A stretch of 64,000 nucleotides of DNA, taken from positions 5,215,556 to 5,279,555 of the forward strand of contig BFEA01000011.1 in the NCBI GenBank assembly GCA_003427395.1, in the 5' to 3' direction. The number at the start of each line of letters is the position of its first letter. Positions within the stretch are counted from its first letter, which is position 1. The DNA comes from Chara braunii. Lineage: Eukaryota; Plantae; Charophyceae. This document shows, in pieces, positions 36,900 to 50,244 of the stretch. The translations under genes were made by a program, and so were the position numbers. The notes beneath the pieces are model-generated. The model did no database searches and was not told the DNA's origin. It saw only the letters and a program-made list of their open reading frames with translations.

Positions 36900-38200
36900 C
36901 GAGAATGTCATCACTTTACCTGTTGACGGTTCTGATTCCTCTGAGAGCTTGCTCATAGTGGGACACGATCGTCGGAGCAGCCTCAACTAAGTTCATCTTC
37001 GGGATCCATCCGTCCTCCTCTGGGTCCTGATACTACCAACGGAGTTTGAACTGCCTTTGTGACCGTCCCCTGAATCCTGTTTGGAATGAGTCATGTGCTA
37101 CAATGCGGTCAACATTGTAACTGCCATCCATATCCGGGGGTATCATGAATGGTGTTGAGGGGAATGTGTTTCCACTGTCAATGGACAGTCACTCGGAGGC
37201 TTGGAAAACAGGATACCTTCTTTTAAGGGTGAAGGAACATCTATGGTATAGGACGAATGGAGTGCATCGCCATTTACATCTAGCACTTCCCATGGTCCTC
37301 GATATGCTGGTAACGATTCTGGGACATACCTTCCCCGGGTACCAGCTCTTTGGAGTTTATCCAAACGAGATTACCAACAACAAATTGGGATGGTCTTCTA
37401 TGCTCGTTTGCCTGTTTGATCATCTTGTGCTGCAGGTGTCTAACATGTCCTTCAACTTTGCGCAGGTCTCTCTCGTACTACAGTGTGAACTCTCGTGTGC
37501 TAGGTGGCAGCCTCTGCACCTGATTAGCATTAAGGCAGTCTATCGGTCTACGCGGTTGCCATCCCCTAAGTCGTCTATAGCTAACAGTCCACTCTCCTTC
37601 TTCATCTCAGCCCAGGCTTTGCGAAGAGTGATTGGTTTCTCGCCAATGTGTGTAAGGGAACCACTGAAAGAGATCCTACAACGAGCAGTCTCTACTTGAA
37701 TCTCGAAGTGGGTGGCTGAGTCAACCTCTACTATGGCCTGCGAAATGGAAAGGGGATGTATCCTCCTCGTGCGCACTACTACATTCACAACCCCATTAGA
37801 AGTGATTGAAACTTCTCCCCTTCTTTTACCGGTTAATGCAGGTGCTGCAGCTTCTGCAACTCAGGGCAGTAGGGGATAATGCGGCCCTCTTTCCCGCACT
37901 TGAAAGATTGGCCGTTGTCTTTGCGCTGCCGCCACTGACTCTCTGATAGGTTCATGTACTTTCAGGGCTCACCCTGTTCGAGTCCTGGATGTGGGGGATA
38001 TCTACGGGGAACTCTGTACTAACCTCCTCTTTGGTATTGAGGGGACTGTCATCCCCCCTTCTTTTGTGGCTGGGAATTGTTCCCACCATGCGATCACTGT
38101 GACCCTCCCTATTGGGTCACGGCCGCAGCGTACTCCGCCTCCTGGCACCCGCTTTCGCTGCAATAGTCCATCTCTATCTCATTACGAGGAACTGACTCGA
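36900..38200 (-). pseudogene. Ty3/gypsy remnant: degenerate gag knuckle, protease start, INT C-terminus and chromodomain
   Basis: YRGPWEVLDV, DGSYNVDRIVAH..DPEEDGWIP..APTIVSHYE, EVDSATH. Confidence 0.65.
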
Positions 38201-39006
38201 CTTCACTATTGTTACATGCTGCGCCTGCAACAGGCTGCACGGGCCATTTCCAGGCCCGTGACGTTTTCAGGCCAAAAGACTGAAAACAAGGGCCTACAGG
38301 CCCTGTGTCGTTTCAGCCTGAAAGCCTGAAAACAAGGGCCTACAGGCCCTGTGTCGTTTCAGGCTAAATCAGGGCCTTTCCGGCCCTGAGTGTTTTCAGC
38401 CTGAAACTGAGGGCCATTTTCGGACCCTCATCGGTTCGACCTGCCCTGAAACTCAGGCAACAAACCAGGGTTTTAGCACAGGCCATTTCGGGCCTGTTTT
38501 CAAGACAACCCCTGGTTGAGCTTCAACGCCAGGGTCTGGCACGTTTCGGCATTGGCAAGAGCAGCCTCCTGAACGGGCCAGCACTATGTAGGACTGGCCC
38601 GCCCTACAGGCAGGCAGGTAGTTCCTAGGTACTTCCCAGGCACTTCACGTGCAGTTCAGGAGGCAGGAGGTAGTCTTCAGGATTCGGCAGCAGCACTCCG
38701 GAGGAGCGCTGCAGGAGTAGTAGCAGCGTTAGCAGTAGTCTTCAGCGCTGGGCGCTAGTAGCGTTAGCTGCAGTCTTCCGCGCTGGGCGCCATAGCAGCT
38801 AGAGTAGTACTAGAGAGAGAGAGATTGGGCGGAGGCCAGAGGGACTTACCTGCAGCGCCAGCTTCGTCTTCGAGGTACCTGCAGCACAGCGCCATCTTCA
38901 CAGGTTAGTACCTGGCACATGAGAGAGAGAGTTCTTCTTCTTCCTCTTCTCAGTCCACCATCTCCTTCTCACCCTCTCGCTATCTGACTTCACTGCATCA
39001 GCAGAC

Positions 39007-39049
<43 letters not shown>

Positions 39050-40639
39050 TGACATTTGGATCCAGACTCGACGTTGGACTTCAGACATTTTGAAGAGGGA
39101 TTATTTGGGACTTGTAACGAGACTTGGTGTTGACGACTTTCCCATCTCCCCCTTCCTCTTCTTTGTCTGATCCCCTCCTCTTTGTCTGTGTATGTCTGGA
39201 CCTGGTGCCTCTTTCCTGTGTATAGCGCCAGGCCCCTTCACACCTTGTGATGAGCATGATGTATGTTTGGTCTGCGTTGAAACATTGATTGGGCTAGTCA
39301 TTAGTATTCTAGCATCCTGCTTCGCTATCTTGTACTACGTGAAAGAAGTCAGTCCCAGTCAGGTCAGGACTTGTATCTAAATCTTCCACTGCACGATAAA
39401 ACACCATTTTGTATGTATCGGAATGCACATTGCTTGTTGAGTTTCCACTTGCACTGCATTGTCCATTCAGTCCTTTTTATCACATTGCGGATCCTCGGTT
39501 TATATGTACATCGCCCAACTGGGCATGTAACACTATCCTCGCAGATGACAAAAATGTGGTCCCTCGTGGGCACATTCTTGACGATCTCCCTTTTTTTTTT
39601 TTTTTTTTTTTTTCCTGAAAACAGGGCCTTATGGTCCTGGCTCCTTCTATTCTGGGGAGCGTCAGTCCGGTTCCTATTCCACCGACAAGTCAAAAGTACA
39701 TTATATGAAGCAAGACTCACACACGCTTCCTTCCGTCAGGCCGAAGGACCCCTGAACAGCAATGATTGCTCCACTACAGTGGAGGATTGACTGTCAGCTT
39801 GCCCAAACCCTTCCCTTTCCTCTCAGTTCTAGGAACCAGATCTGCCAGATAACGCCCTTGAATCAAGAAAGAGTACCTCCGCTGCCCTTGCCCCCCTGTT
39901 CCCTCCCCACTCTTCTCCCTGCCCCTTTGTATGAATCATGCTTTGTCGTTAGACCTTAATACTTTCGTCTGCAGTCGCCTCTCCCGATCGCCCCACCCTT
40001 GGCCCCGTCGTGGCCTGGATTGCTTTCGGCCTTCTGTGATGAAATTTTTCCTTGTAACCCCCGTTCCTGCTCTGTTGCTGACCTGTTCCCCACTTTGTCC
40101 TGCTTTCCCCATGTTGCCCCTTTGCCTGTACCCTCTGGGACTTTGAATGCCTCTTTCTGGAGTATTGTGCCAAAACTCTCCAGCATAACCTGGGCCTGAC
40201 GCTAGTAGCCATCCTTGTCTTATTCCCGCTGTTGTTCTTCCCCCTTTGTCCTGATTTGTTTGGACTTCCACCGTCTGCATAAGGTCTCCGCCTGATCCGC
40301 TGTTCCGGTTTCTGTCTGCACTTTCTCTCTTGAATTGGAGCCCCCCTTCAGCTGTTCTGCTGCATTTCTCCTTCCATCTGTTCCTCCGAGTCGCTTTCCT
40401 GTTGAGTAGAGCGTTGTTCCCTTCTGTCGACTGTGACTCATTTGGGGTGTTAGTTTAGTGGAAAGTGTTGATTAGTTGAACAGAGAAGGGAGACTTGAGC
40501 GGGGAGCCCCGGAGTGAAATGTGTCCCGTCCAGTTATTCTGTCCATGGTATACCTGTCAGTAGCCAATGGTTTAGCATATGTTGGAGCATGTTTAGTCGA
40601 GTCCGAGGTTGTAGAAAAGCAGTGGGTGGTCGAGCATTA

Positions 40640-43600
40640 GGTAAGACCCTTCTTATTGTTAGTCCCAATTTGTGAAGAGTAGAGTGCCTCCCTCAATTTT
40701 TGCGATTCTGTTCTCCAAAAGCCATGTTTTTTAAAACTTTCACAGACTCAATTTTTTTTTGTCAGGTGTTGTTATCTTTTGTTGTTCCTTTTGCTCTTGG
40801 GACCAGCGTGCTCTTACTTCCGTTTGTATTATGCTTTTTATTTCCGCCCATTTCTCCTCTAGGGATGACAATTGGCCTTCAAGAGTGCCCTTGCACCTTG
40901 CTTTCCATATTGCCCAGAGCGTTGCTCTCCTCCATAAGTCCGCCATTAATAGTGTGCTTTCCTCTAGTTCTTCGCTTTCCCGTCTTCCCGTTAGCAGGTA
41001 CACAGGGTTGCTGGGGAGGTTTTGGTTTGTTAGCTTTTGCTAGAGATTTTTTGTTTTGTTCCACACTTCTTGAGCTTGTTGGCATGATATTAGGCAGTGG
41101 ACCAGAGATTCTTCAGCTTGGTCGTTACACACTTTGCACATGGACATTTGTTGTTGGGTATCTTGCTGTTTTCTCCTTTTAGCCAACCATTGGTTGACGG
41201 GCACAACCCAATACAGAATGAGCCACTGTAGGCTTCTGATCCTTACCGGTCTTATATTTGTGTACTGATTCCATGGGATTTTATTCGTCCAGCCTGCGTT
41301 TTCGCCCAAGTTTCTTTTCCACCTTTCTAAGATTACCGGGAGAGGATCCCTTGTGCGATTGCCCAGTTTGTAGCCTTGGGGTAAACTTTTTGGCTTTCCC
41401 TGAAGCGCTAGGTACCATCCATCCCCATTCTGCTGGGTCTACTTCTAGATCTTTGATGTCAAGGTCTGGTCTGTAAAGCCGGGTTCCACTTATGTCCGGT
41501 TGGTTTGCAGGGTTTTGATTTCTGTACTTTTTGAGTGTACATGAGTGTACCCTTTTAAGGGTATTGAGGTTTTCCGTTGTCCTTGGTTCTATTATCCTGA
41601 CTAATGATACCCAAGATTTGTGTGATTCCGCTAGTTCGTATGCCACGAATTCTGCTTTTCCTTCCTGCATATCTTTTATTTGGAGCAATTTATAAGCAAT
41701 GGTTGGGGGATGTTTTTCAGATTCAATTTTTGTGGCCCAGTCCCCTGCTGCCCACTTTTTTTTGCTTTTTAGGAGGAGAACCCATTTCAATGGGACGCTT
41801 TCCAGTAGTCTTGCTAACTGATCTTTCAACTTGTGAATCCCTTTGAGTTTAGTTCTGAGGTCTTGCTCTGTCAGCCATCTGTTTTGCTCTGAGTTCCATA
41901 TGTGTTCTATTTTCCACACTCCCTTACTCATACTTCGTCCAGTGCTTACCTTTTGTGTTTAGGGACCATGGTTTATGATTTTGGTCCGTTAGCAAGGGAT
42001 TTCAAAAAAGCGGCTGCCTTATAATTTCTTCTCTTATTCTTGGTGTTCTTATTTTTTGCGGGAGGCAGGTCCTCCAGTGTTTTATTAGTGTGGCCCAGTG
42101 CTCGCTTGTGGGATCCCTGTATTTTGTCTGTCTCCACCCCTCTTTTCTTCTTGGGTTCCAGGAGGGGTTGAGGAGCCAATGGTACCCTTCAATGGAAGGG
42201 TCTACTTTGAAAGGTACCAGGTTTCGGATCTGGTGTAGGGCCATCTCGTGCCATGGCAGCTCTCTATTGAACATGAGTTTTATTATCCATTTGTGTTGCA
42301 GTGCTTGAAATTGTATCGCGGGGTTTAAAAGACCCAATCCCCCTGATGCTTTGGGTCTGGTGATGTATTTCCATGCTACCTTAGAGATGTAATGTTCATT
42401 TTCGGCCTTCCCGGTCCAAAGATAAGACCCTAGCTTCTTTTTGAGGCTTGCGAAAAAGATTGGTGGTGGGTTCCAGAGGGCAGCCACGTACGATCCTGTG
42501 GATAGAATTGAAGTGTTGAGAACTAACGCTCTTCCCATGAGTGATACGTTGGCTGCTTGCCATCCTGTCAGTCTGTTTGCCATTTTGAGTAGAGGAGTTG
42601 CTGGTTCCTTCAGATGATATTTGAATCCCTAGGAAGCGGATCGGCTGCTGTGGGTCCAACCATTGTATTCCTTGTGTATCTTGGATTTGTTGGGGAGGTT
42701 GGGAAGGAACTAACCACCATCTTATTGTCTTGTTCCAGTTGATTTTCATTTCAGCTGCTAACTGGAAGGCATGCATTGCTCTTGTCAGAGCTTGGAACGA
42801 AGAGTCGGTCGCTCTGATGAGTACAGTCAGATCGTCTGCGAATAGTATAATTGTGGGAATGACTATTGTTCTTCCATCTTGTTGGACTACTAGTCTTTCT
42901 ATTGATGGGTCCTTACGGAGGTAGGCTGCTATTGCTTCCATCACGAAGAGGAAGATTGGTGCTGCTAGTGGATCTCCTTGTCTTACGGATCTGGTCATTT
43001 CTTATTTCTCTGAGAGATGCGCGTTAGCTTGTACCATTCATATGGCATCTCCATATAGTACTCTTACCCATCTTCTGAAGTTTGGCCCTACTCCCATTTT
43101 TTCCATACTCTGTTGAAGGAAATCCCAATTGACCTGGTCGTAGGCTTTTTCGAAGTCAAAGAATAATATGGCTGCATGTACTCTTTTGTCTTTTATTATC
43201 TTGGTGCCCTCGTTTACTACATTATCTAAAATATATCTTCCTGGTATGAATCCTGTTTGGTCTATGTGGAAACATTTGTCTGTAACATTTTTGATTCTAT
43301 TGGTTAGGGTTTTAGCTAGTATTTTGTAAATCACTGGTAAAAGGGTTATGGGTCTGTAATTCCTTATATCTTCACGATCCCCTTTTTTGTATAGTAGCGT
43401 GATTATGCCTGTGCTCAGTTCCTGTCCTATAGATCCTTTAGTAAAGGCTTCCTTGAAAAAGGTTGTAACAGATTCGCCGACCAGGTGCCAATTTGCTTGC
43501 CAAAATTCTTTCGGTAGGCCATCTTTACCTGGGGTTTTGTTTGGTTGCATGCTCCTGAGTGCTTCGAAAAGTTCTTCATTTGTGATTTCCTTTTCTAGAA

Positions 43601-45044
43601 GGTCTATTGCTTCCTGGTTGAGACTTTTGTCCAGATATTTTAGAATTTTTTCTCTTGCTTTTCGTACGTTGCTTGGGTTTTCCAGGAAGGGTTTAGATGC
43701 GTATAGATTCTGGTAGAAGCCCGCTGCTACTTTCAATATTTCCTCAGGTGACGTTTGTGTATTTCCCAAAGTATCCCTTAAGGCTTGTATCCTACTATTC
43801 CTGTGGCCTGATTTGATCTTTTGGAAGAAGTATTTCGTCATGCTTTCATTGCTTTCCCAATCCCTTACTCTGGCCCTAATGGCTAGTCCCTGTCTTCTCC
43901 ACTCAGCCCATTGCCTAAGCTCTGTTCGCGCTTCCTCTAGAAGATGTTCATACAGGCTTACCCCCAGATTGACAATAAGATTGAATTTGGCTATTTCGAC
44001 CATAGCTTCAAGGTTTTGTTGTCTTGCCTTCCTTCTGCTTGCTTCCCTTCTTGAGAAGATACTTGCCCATTGACTTATCTCCCGAATAGAAAGGGGGAGG
44101 TCTCTCACTATCTCCCCTACTTCCAGTTTATCCTTAATTTCCACCCACTTTGCTCAGAATTCCTGTTTGAATGATTCCAATTTAAGGAGTGAGGTGTTCA
44201 GCTTGAAAAAACTTTTCCCGGGAGAATTGTCAACTGTTAAAGCCAATTTCATAGTGATGGGGTTGTGGTCAAAGCCATCGTAGTGGGGAATCCTACCTAT
44301 TGTGGTGTCTAGAATTACTCCTTCTAATGATTCTGATAGGAGAAAGAAGTCTATTCTAGAAAAAGAGGTTCTGCCTTGAGCTGTTTTCCTAATGCATGTG
44401 TAGTCTTTTTTTTGCGGGTTAAGAAGTCTATAGGGGTCTATTAGGTTATATTCTGTCGTTAAATGAGTCAGTGCTGCCTCTGCTGGACCTTGTGTGATTT
44501 CATCCGCCCATGAGATTCTATCCAACTGAGGGTTCTGGGTAGTGTTCCAGTCTCCTACCAGAATTGTGTGCGTTTATGGTTGGATTAGCCTTCTTAATTC
44601 TTCAAAGAATATTGTTCTCTCCGTTGACGCATTAGGGGCATAAAGGTTTACTAAAGTNATGTCTTCTCCTTNAAGCGTTANTTCTACTTTTGCCCATCTA
44701 CCTCCTACTGGGTCCGTTGCATAGGATTTCATTTGTAGTTGTTGCGCATCTATCGCTTGGTTGTGTATTAAGATTAGTACCCCTGCTGAAGATGGTTATG
44801 GGCTATGGGCTATTGCTACTGCTGCAGAGGTTTTTAGCCTTCTGATTATTTCTTTCTCTATTGAAATGTGTGCGTCTGTATTACTTAGATGGGTTTCCTG
44901 TATACACACTATGTCCGGGGGGTTGGGACCATTCCAACCTGTTGTGTTCATCAGGCAGTGCCACTTTTCTTGGTTTGTTAGAATTGTTGCTAGCCCTCTA
45001 ACATTCCAGGATTGGATCACTAGGTCCCCTCTTGGTGGTTTCAT
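40640..45044 (-). pseudogene. L1 ORF2: APE endonuclease, RT and CCHC zinc finger (frameshifted)
   Basis: SWNVRGL, CIQETH, SRIDFFL, DHNPI; PGKDG, YRPITLL, FDFEKAYD, RQGDPLA, LFADD; CKVC...HCLISC. Confidence 0.95.
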
Positions 45045-45049
45045 AGTTT

Positions 45050-47677
45050 ATCTGGAGTCATCCTCGTTTGAATTTGTGGGGCTTTGATTAGATCTCTGAG
45101 CTACTCAGCGCCTCCTCTTCCAGTGGAAAGAGGAGAGAAGGTAACTCACTCTCCTCCTGCTCTAGGACACCTGATTCCACCAGAGTTGCTAGTGTTGCTG
45201 CATTCCGAGTCATGGTTGATTCGCTTCCCAGTGCTGTGACTGGTAAAGCTGCCACCAACCACCAGGGTTTCCATTGAAGGTCTTCATGGAGTTCTGCGTT
45301 TTGGTTCAAACGGACCACCAGGGGTCTAGCGTCATACTGTGCCTGGTTCCTCCCATTCCTTGCTCCTGAGGATTCCGTTTGACTTCACGGCTCTTCCTCT
45401 TGCGTTTTGCCGGCTAAGTCCATCAGGTTAGGTTCCTTTCCCCTGCTGATCTTCCCTAACACATCCTCCTTCTTTTGTCCCAACTGCCATCTGAGTATTG
45501 ACAGGTCCTCGTGTACTGCCACATTCCATTCCTCTGTCACTGGGTCTCTCTGAATGGGGATTACTGCTCGAGATGGTAGCAGCATGCTTGCTTCCTTTTT
45601 GGCCCTTTTCGAGAATGCTTCGTGTGCTTTGTGCTGCAAATCCTGAACAGCCACTGTGCGAAGTTGCATTTCTCTGTTCAGGTCTGTGACACGTGCATTC
45701 TGTGCATGCAAAGCCTCAACCTGGATGCCCAGTTGTTCTGTGGTAGTCAGTGCCTTGTCAGATTCCTCTCGCCCCTTTTGTTTCCTTTGCTCCATTAGAA
45801 GTTGGGTTGGCTTGTAGCTCGGAAGTCTTTTTCCTTTGTTTTGAGTTGCCTCCTTCGAAGTGCCTAGACCGTTTTCCCCAACTTCCATTTCCTGGTCTTC
45901 TTTTGTTGCGCAATATTTTTCTGCAAAGAAAGCTGCAAGCTCCTCTTCTCTTTCTAGAGGAGCAAAGGGGTTCTCTGACAATGGGATTAGCTGTGATGGA
46001 TTGGATATCTAAGCTTTCAGCTTGTTTTTCTGTTCTTCCTTGTGAAGTATTAGCTGCAGTTCATACTTGTCTTGCCTTTTTTTCTCAAAGAAATGAATGT
46101 ATTCCAGGAGTTCGTTTTCCTGTTGACCTGACCAAGGGTAGCCCTCAGACTCTGAGTGTTCCTGATCCTCCTCTCCCCTTTTGGCCGTCAATGTGTTTCC
46201 TTTTCACCCCCACCACCGGGTTCTTTTCTCCCTCCCCCTCCTTCATAGTTGTGTCGCCAACTTCCCCCCCTGTGGTCTCGCCTGTCCCTTCTGTCTCTGC
46301 TCCCTGTTCGCTGTCAGCTTTACCTCTTACCTTTTGCAGCCTTCTGGAGTAGTTTTTTTGCTTGTGTTGTTCCTCCCCTGCCTGTTCCTCTTGCTGATGC
46401 CTCTTGATTGCTTCCACCCATTGCCTTTTTGTGGTTTCCTGCACTGTTTTCAGATCTGCGCACAAGTCCCTTTCCCAAATCTCTTGCTTCAGCATATCTA
46501 CATTTATCACTGGATCTTTGGTGAAGCATTTGGGTGGCTTTCTTTTTGTTTTGAGCATTTGCCACCTGCTGTCGTATGGAGGGTATACGTCTGGCCTGGG
46601 AGTAGGCTCCCGATCGATGGTCTAGACCCAGTCTGGTGTGTCCAGGTTGTCATTGAAAACCCAGCCCGCGTACTGTGGATCAGGTATGTACCAATATCCC
46701 TTTTTGTTTTCCACCTCCTGCAGGTTTGCAGTTTTGAGAGGTTTGGGCTTTGTGCTCTCTCTTGTTTTCGGGCAGCTGGCGTCCGTGCCCAGGTGACCTC
46801 TCTGCCTGCACTTGAAACACACCGGATTGGTTTTGCTGGAAACAGTGATCATGATAACTTTGTTTTCCTGTGAGAAAAACCATTCATCAGGAGTAAAAGG
46901 TGGAGGACTATCTCCTGTGTCCAGTACAACCGTCATCTGATTGTGCTGGGGGGTGAGAAAGTCCGGTGTTGAAACAATCCATTGTGCCTCCCTGAAGTGA
47001 CCGTATTCCATTGCGACTCTCTCCTTGATGCTTCCATGCATTCCTTCTGGTACGTTGTCAAATTGGATCCAAAAATGTTTTTTGATCAATTCCTGTCTGT
47101 ACCTGAAGGGCGTTTGTTGAAAATTTGCCACTTTTTTCCACGGGTGGACTGTCACCGCTGACGAGTTGCAGGTGAAACACTTGTTTTTCAAGAAAGTGGC
47201 AAGCGTTTCCTCCATGCACAGAACCATGATAACATTTCTTGTTCTTGGATGAAACGATACTTTTGGTTCCTGCCCTTGGATTGGTTCCAGTGACTTCAAC
47301 TTTTCCAGTATCCATTTGAGTTTCGCCTGTCTGTCCAATTCCTGTTTTTTTTTGGAAAAGGTGAATAAGACCGCATGTTTGCTGTGAAGCTCCTCTTGTT
47401 TGGATGTTAGTTCCTTGGGGCATTCGTATATTACCACTTCTTCCTTGTTGTTACCTCCACGATCTATGAGTTTTGTGGTCTTGATGAGAGCAGTTCTAGT
47501 CTGTTCTGCGAGCCAGTTTTGCGTTTCCATGCCCATTCCTTCCATCGTTGAGTTGGACTGGAGGGTGGTGATTGGACAGGGAATAGTAGAAGGGTGGTGT
47601 TGGTGTGGGAATGGGAATGAGACCCTCCGATCCGACCGGATTTCAGAGGTCTCCCAGTTAAACTTGTTTAGGACCAC
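45050..47677 (-). pseudogene. L1 ORF1 with CCHC knuckle (disrupted)
   Basis: VHPW..FWIQFDNVP (plant L1 ORF1-like), CFKCRQRGHLGTDASC; lies directly upstream of ORF2. Confidence 0.8.
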
Positions 47678-47884
47678 TGTGGAAATGAGATTGATAGAAA
47701 GATAATGACCCCAGGATTAATAGACATAAGAGAATAATGTTAATGTGTACCGACTATAATGCGAGGTGGTGATGTTACTGCTCGAGGGGGGGGTGTGAGC
47801 GCTGGGGGATACAACGTTGGGTGGGAAGAAGAAGGGCGGGGAAGAGGGTTATTATGTGATTAGAGAGAAGGGGCGAAGATGGGG

Positions 47885-49315
47885 GGCTTGTGGGTGGCTA
47901 TGCTCGTAGTATAGGGGGGTGTAACGAGATGTGCTCGAGATAGATTGGGAGTAGGATCGGAGTTGGGATGGAGACGGGGTCCGGTCCAGTGTCGGGGGAG
48001 ATCACGCCGTGGACGTAGCAGGATCAGGCTGGGATCGGGATACATACCGGGTGGGATCGAAGGATGATCGAGCTAGGGCTGGGACAAGTTCGGAATGAGG
48101 TCAGGGCAGGTTGGGAATGAGAGAGAATAGTAGTAGATGTGGTCGAGATGAGAGCTGGATGGGGACAAGAAGGGATCTGGCTGGGACCAATGCGAGAAAA
48201 GATGGGATCCGGATGAGATCGGGAAGGGATCAGGCTGGGATCGGCGAGAGAGCTGAATGGGATCGGGATGGGGTCGACACAGAAATAGGCTGAGATAAGG
48301 TGGGGATGGATGGAATCGTGATGAGATCGGGATGTAGATGGGACGGGATCGAGCTGGGTCCAGGGAGAGATGGGATGGGATCGAAATGGTATCGGACTGA
48401 GAACGGGTAAGTGGGTATCTAAGATCGACTGGCAGTATGGTGGATTTGATTCTGGAGAAAAGAAGCAAAGATCGATTTAGAGGTTGGAAAGAAAAAAAAA
48501 AAAAAAAAAAAAGAAGGACAGCGAGGGAAGGATCAGGGGAAGAGGTGATGAAGGGAGGCGGCTGGATTACCCGACAAGAGGGTTATTTAAAGATGATGGC
48601 GGGGAAGGATGTTCTTATATGGTTAGAGAGGGGGGGCGCAGAAAAGTGGCTTGTGGGTGGTTACGCTCATACTAGGGGGGGGGTGTAACGGGGTGTGTTC
48701 GAGTTAGATTGGGCGTAGGAACGAGGTTGGGATGAAGACGAGATCCAGTCCAGTGGCGGGGGAGATCAAGCCGTGAGTTGGAACCGGATCGTGGTGGGAT
48801 CGGGATAGAAACGGGGTGGGCTCGCAGGAGGATCGAGCGAGGACAGGGACGGATTCGGTATGGGATCAGGGTGGGTTGGAGATGGGAGAGAATGGGGGTA
48901 GATGGGGTCAGGATGGGATCCCGATGGGGTCGAGGTGGGATCTGGCTGGGACCAGGGTGGGGACAGATGGGATCGGGCTGAAATCGAGTAGAGATCAGGC
49001 TGGGGTCGACAAGAGATCGGGACAGGCTGGGGGTGGGATCGGAACAGAGTTAGGCTGTGATGAGGTGGGGGCAGTTGGCTTCGGGATGAGATGGGACCGT
49101 GGAGAGACGGGATGGTATCGAGATTGTTTCTGGGTGGGAACAGGTAGGTGGCTGGGTAAAATCGACGGGCGGTAGGGTGGATTTGAACCTGTAGAAACAA
49201 AACGAGGGGCGATTTAGAGGTTGACGCATGATAGAAGGCTGAGGGGGGAAGATCGGGGAAAGCGGTGATATAGGGAGGTGGTTGGACTACCGGACAGTAG
49301 GGATATTAGACGATG
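47885..49315 (-). repeat. Two diverged ~750-bp monomers in the L1 5' UTR
   Basis: 47885-48600 and 48648-49315 align (GGCTTGTGGGTGG...CGATTTAGAGGTTG...); GGGATC-rich. Confidence 0.8.
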
Positions 49316-49988
49316 ATTGATTCGAAAAGGGAGTTGTAGGCGGAAGACTAAAACAGGTCGGCGATGGGTGCAGGCGATCGTAGGGAGTTTGGGAGAATCC
49401 CCAAATGAAGCGGAGGCAGAATAGAGCCACCAGTAGGAAGAGAGGTTGGGAACGGGGGGGATGGAAGAAAAAGGGTAGACTAAGCTGACAAAGCGAAAAA
49501 ATGACGGGGACGATTCACGGTAAGGTTAATAGAACTTCGATGGGAAGTTCTAAACAGAAGGCGAAGGATCGGAGTGGTAATGAGGAAAGAGTACTGTTAG
49601 TGGTGATGATTGAGGATGAATGGAGTCGGAAGGTTCTCACTCGTGTAACGCTGGATCGCTTCCTGCTGCGTTGTTTACCGTCCCATTCTGGCCTTCTTGG
49701 GATGATTCCGCCTTGAAGTTCGGTTTATCTGCCCTCTTCGTTTTCGGCTACAATATAATCGCTAGACAATCCTCTTTGGCGCTTCCTTTGACAGCACCTC
49801 TCGTCAGTTCATTTCGTTTTCCTCCATCTTCTCTCTCCCTTTCTCCCACTCTTCCTCCCGTTCCCGTACACACTTTCTCTGTTCAAGTCTCCGAAATGGT
49901 CTCTCACTCTTCTCTCTCTCCCTCTCTCTCTCTTTTACTTCACTCCCTCGCTCTGCCTTTCTCTCTCTCTCCCGCTCTCTCCCTCTCT

Positions 49989-50045
<57 letters not shown>

Positions 50046-50244
50046 GCGGAGGTCACTTCTGGCGCGTCGCGTCCCCGCGCGAGACCGCGTGATGGTGACC
50101 CCGTCGGTTGGCGCTCGCGTGGCCCGAGGGCGATGGCTGTGTGGGTGCGAGAGCGTTAGCGCGCTTACCGGCGGCGCGGGCGCTGAAAAAAACCCGGCAT
50201 GACAACCAAATTGAATCCTAGTGAATCTTCTTGACGATCTCCCT

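Larger units (their letters stand above)
39592..50227 (-). mobile_element. Full-length L1-clade LINE (~10.6 kb)
   Basis: 17-bp TSD TTCTTGACGATCTCCCT (39575-91, 50228-44); poly(A) tail; ORF1 and ORF2; GC/CpG-rich 5' end. Confidence 0.93.

Noticed and set aside
50045-50227. HDV-like ribozyme or tRNA head at the L1 5' end
   Set aside because: GC-rich, but I could not fit the nested double pseudoknot or A/B boxes by eye
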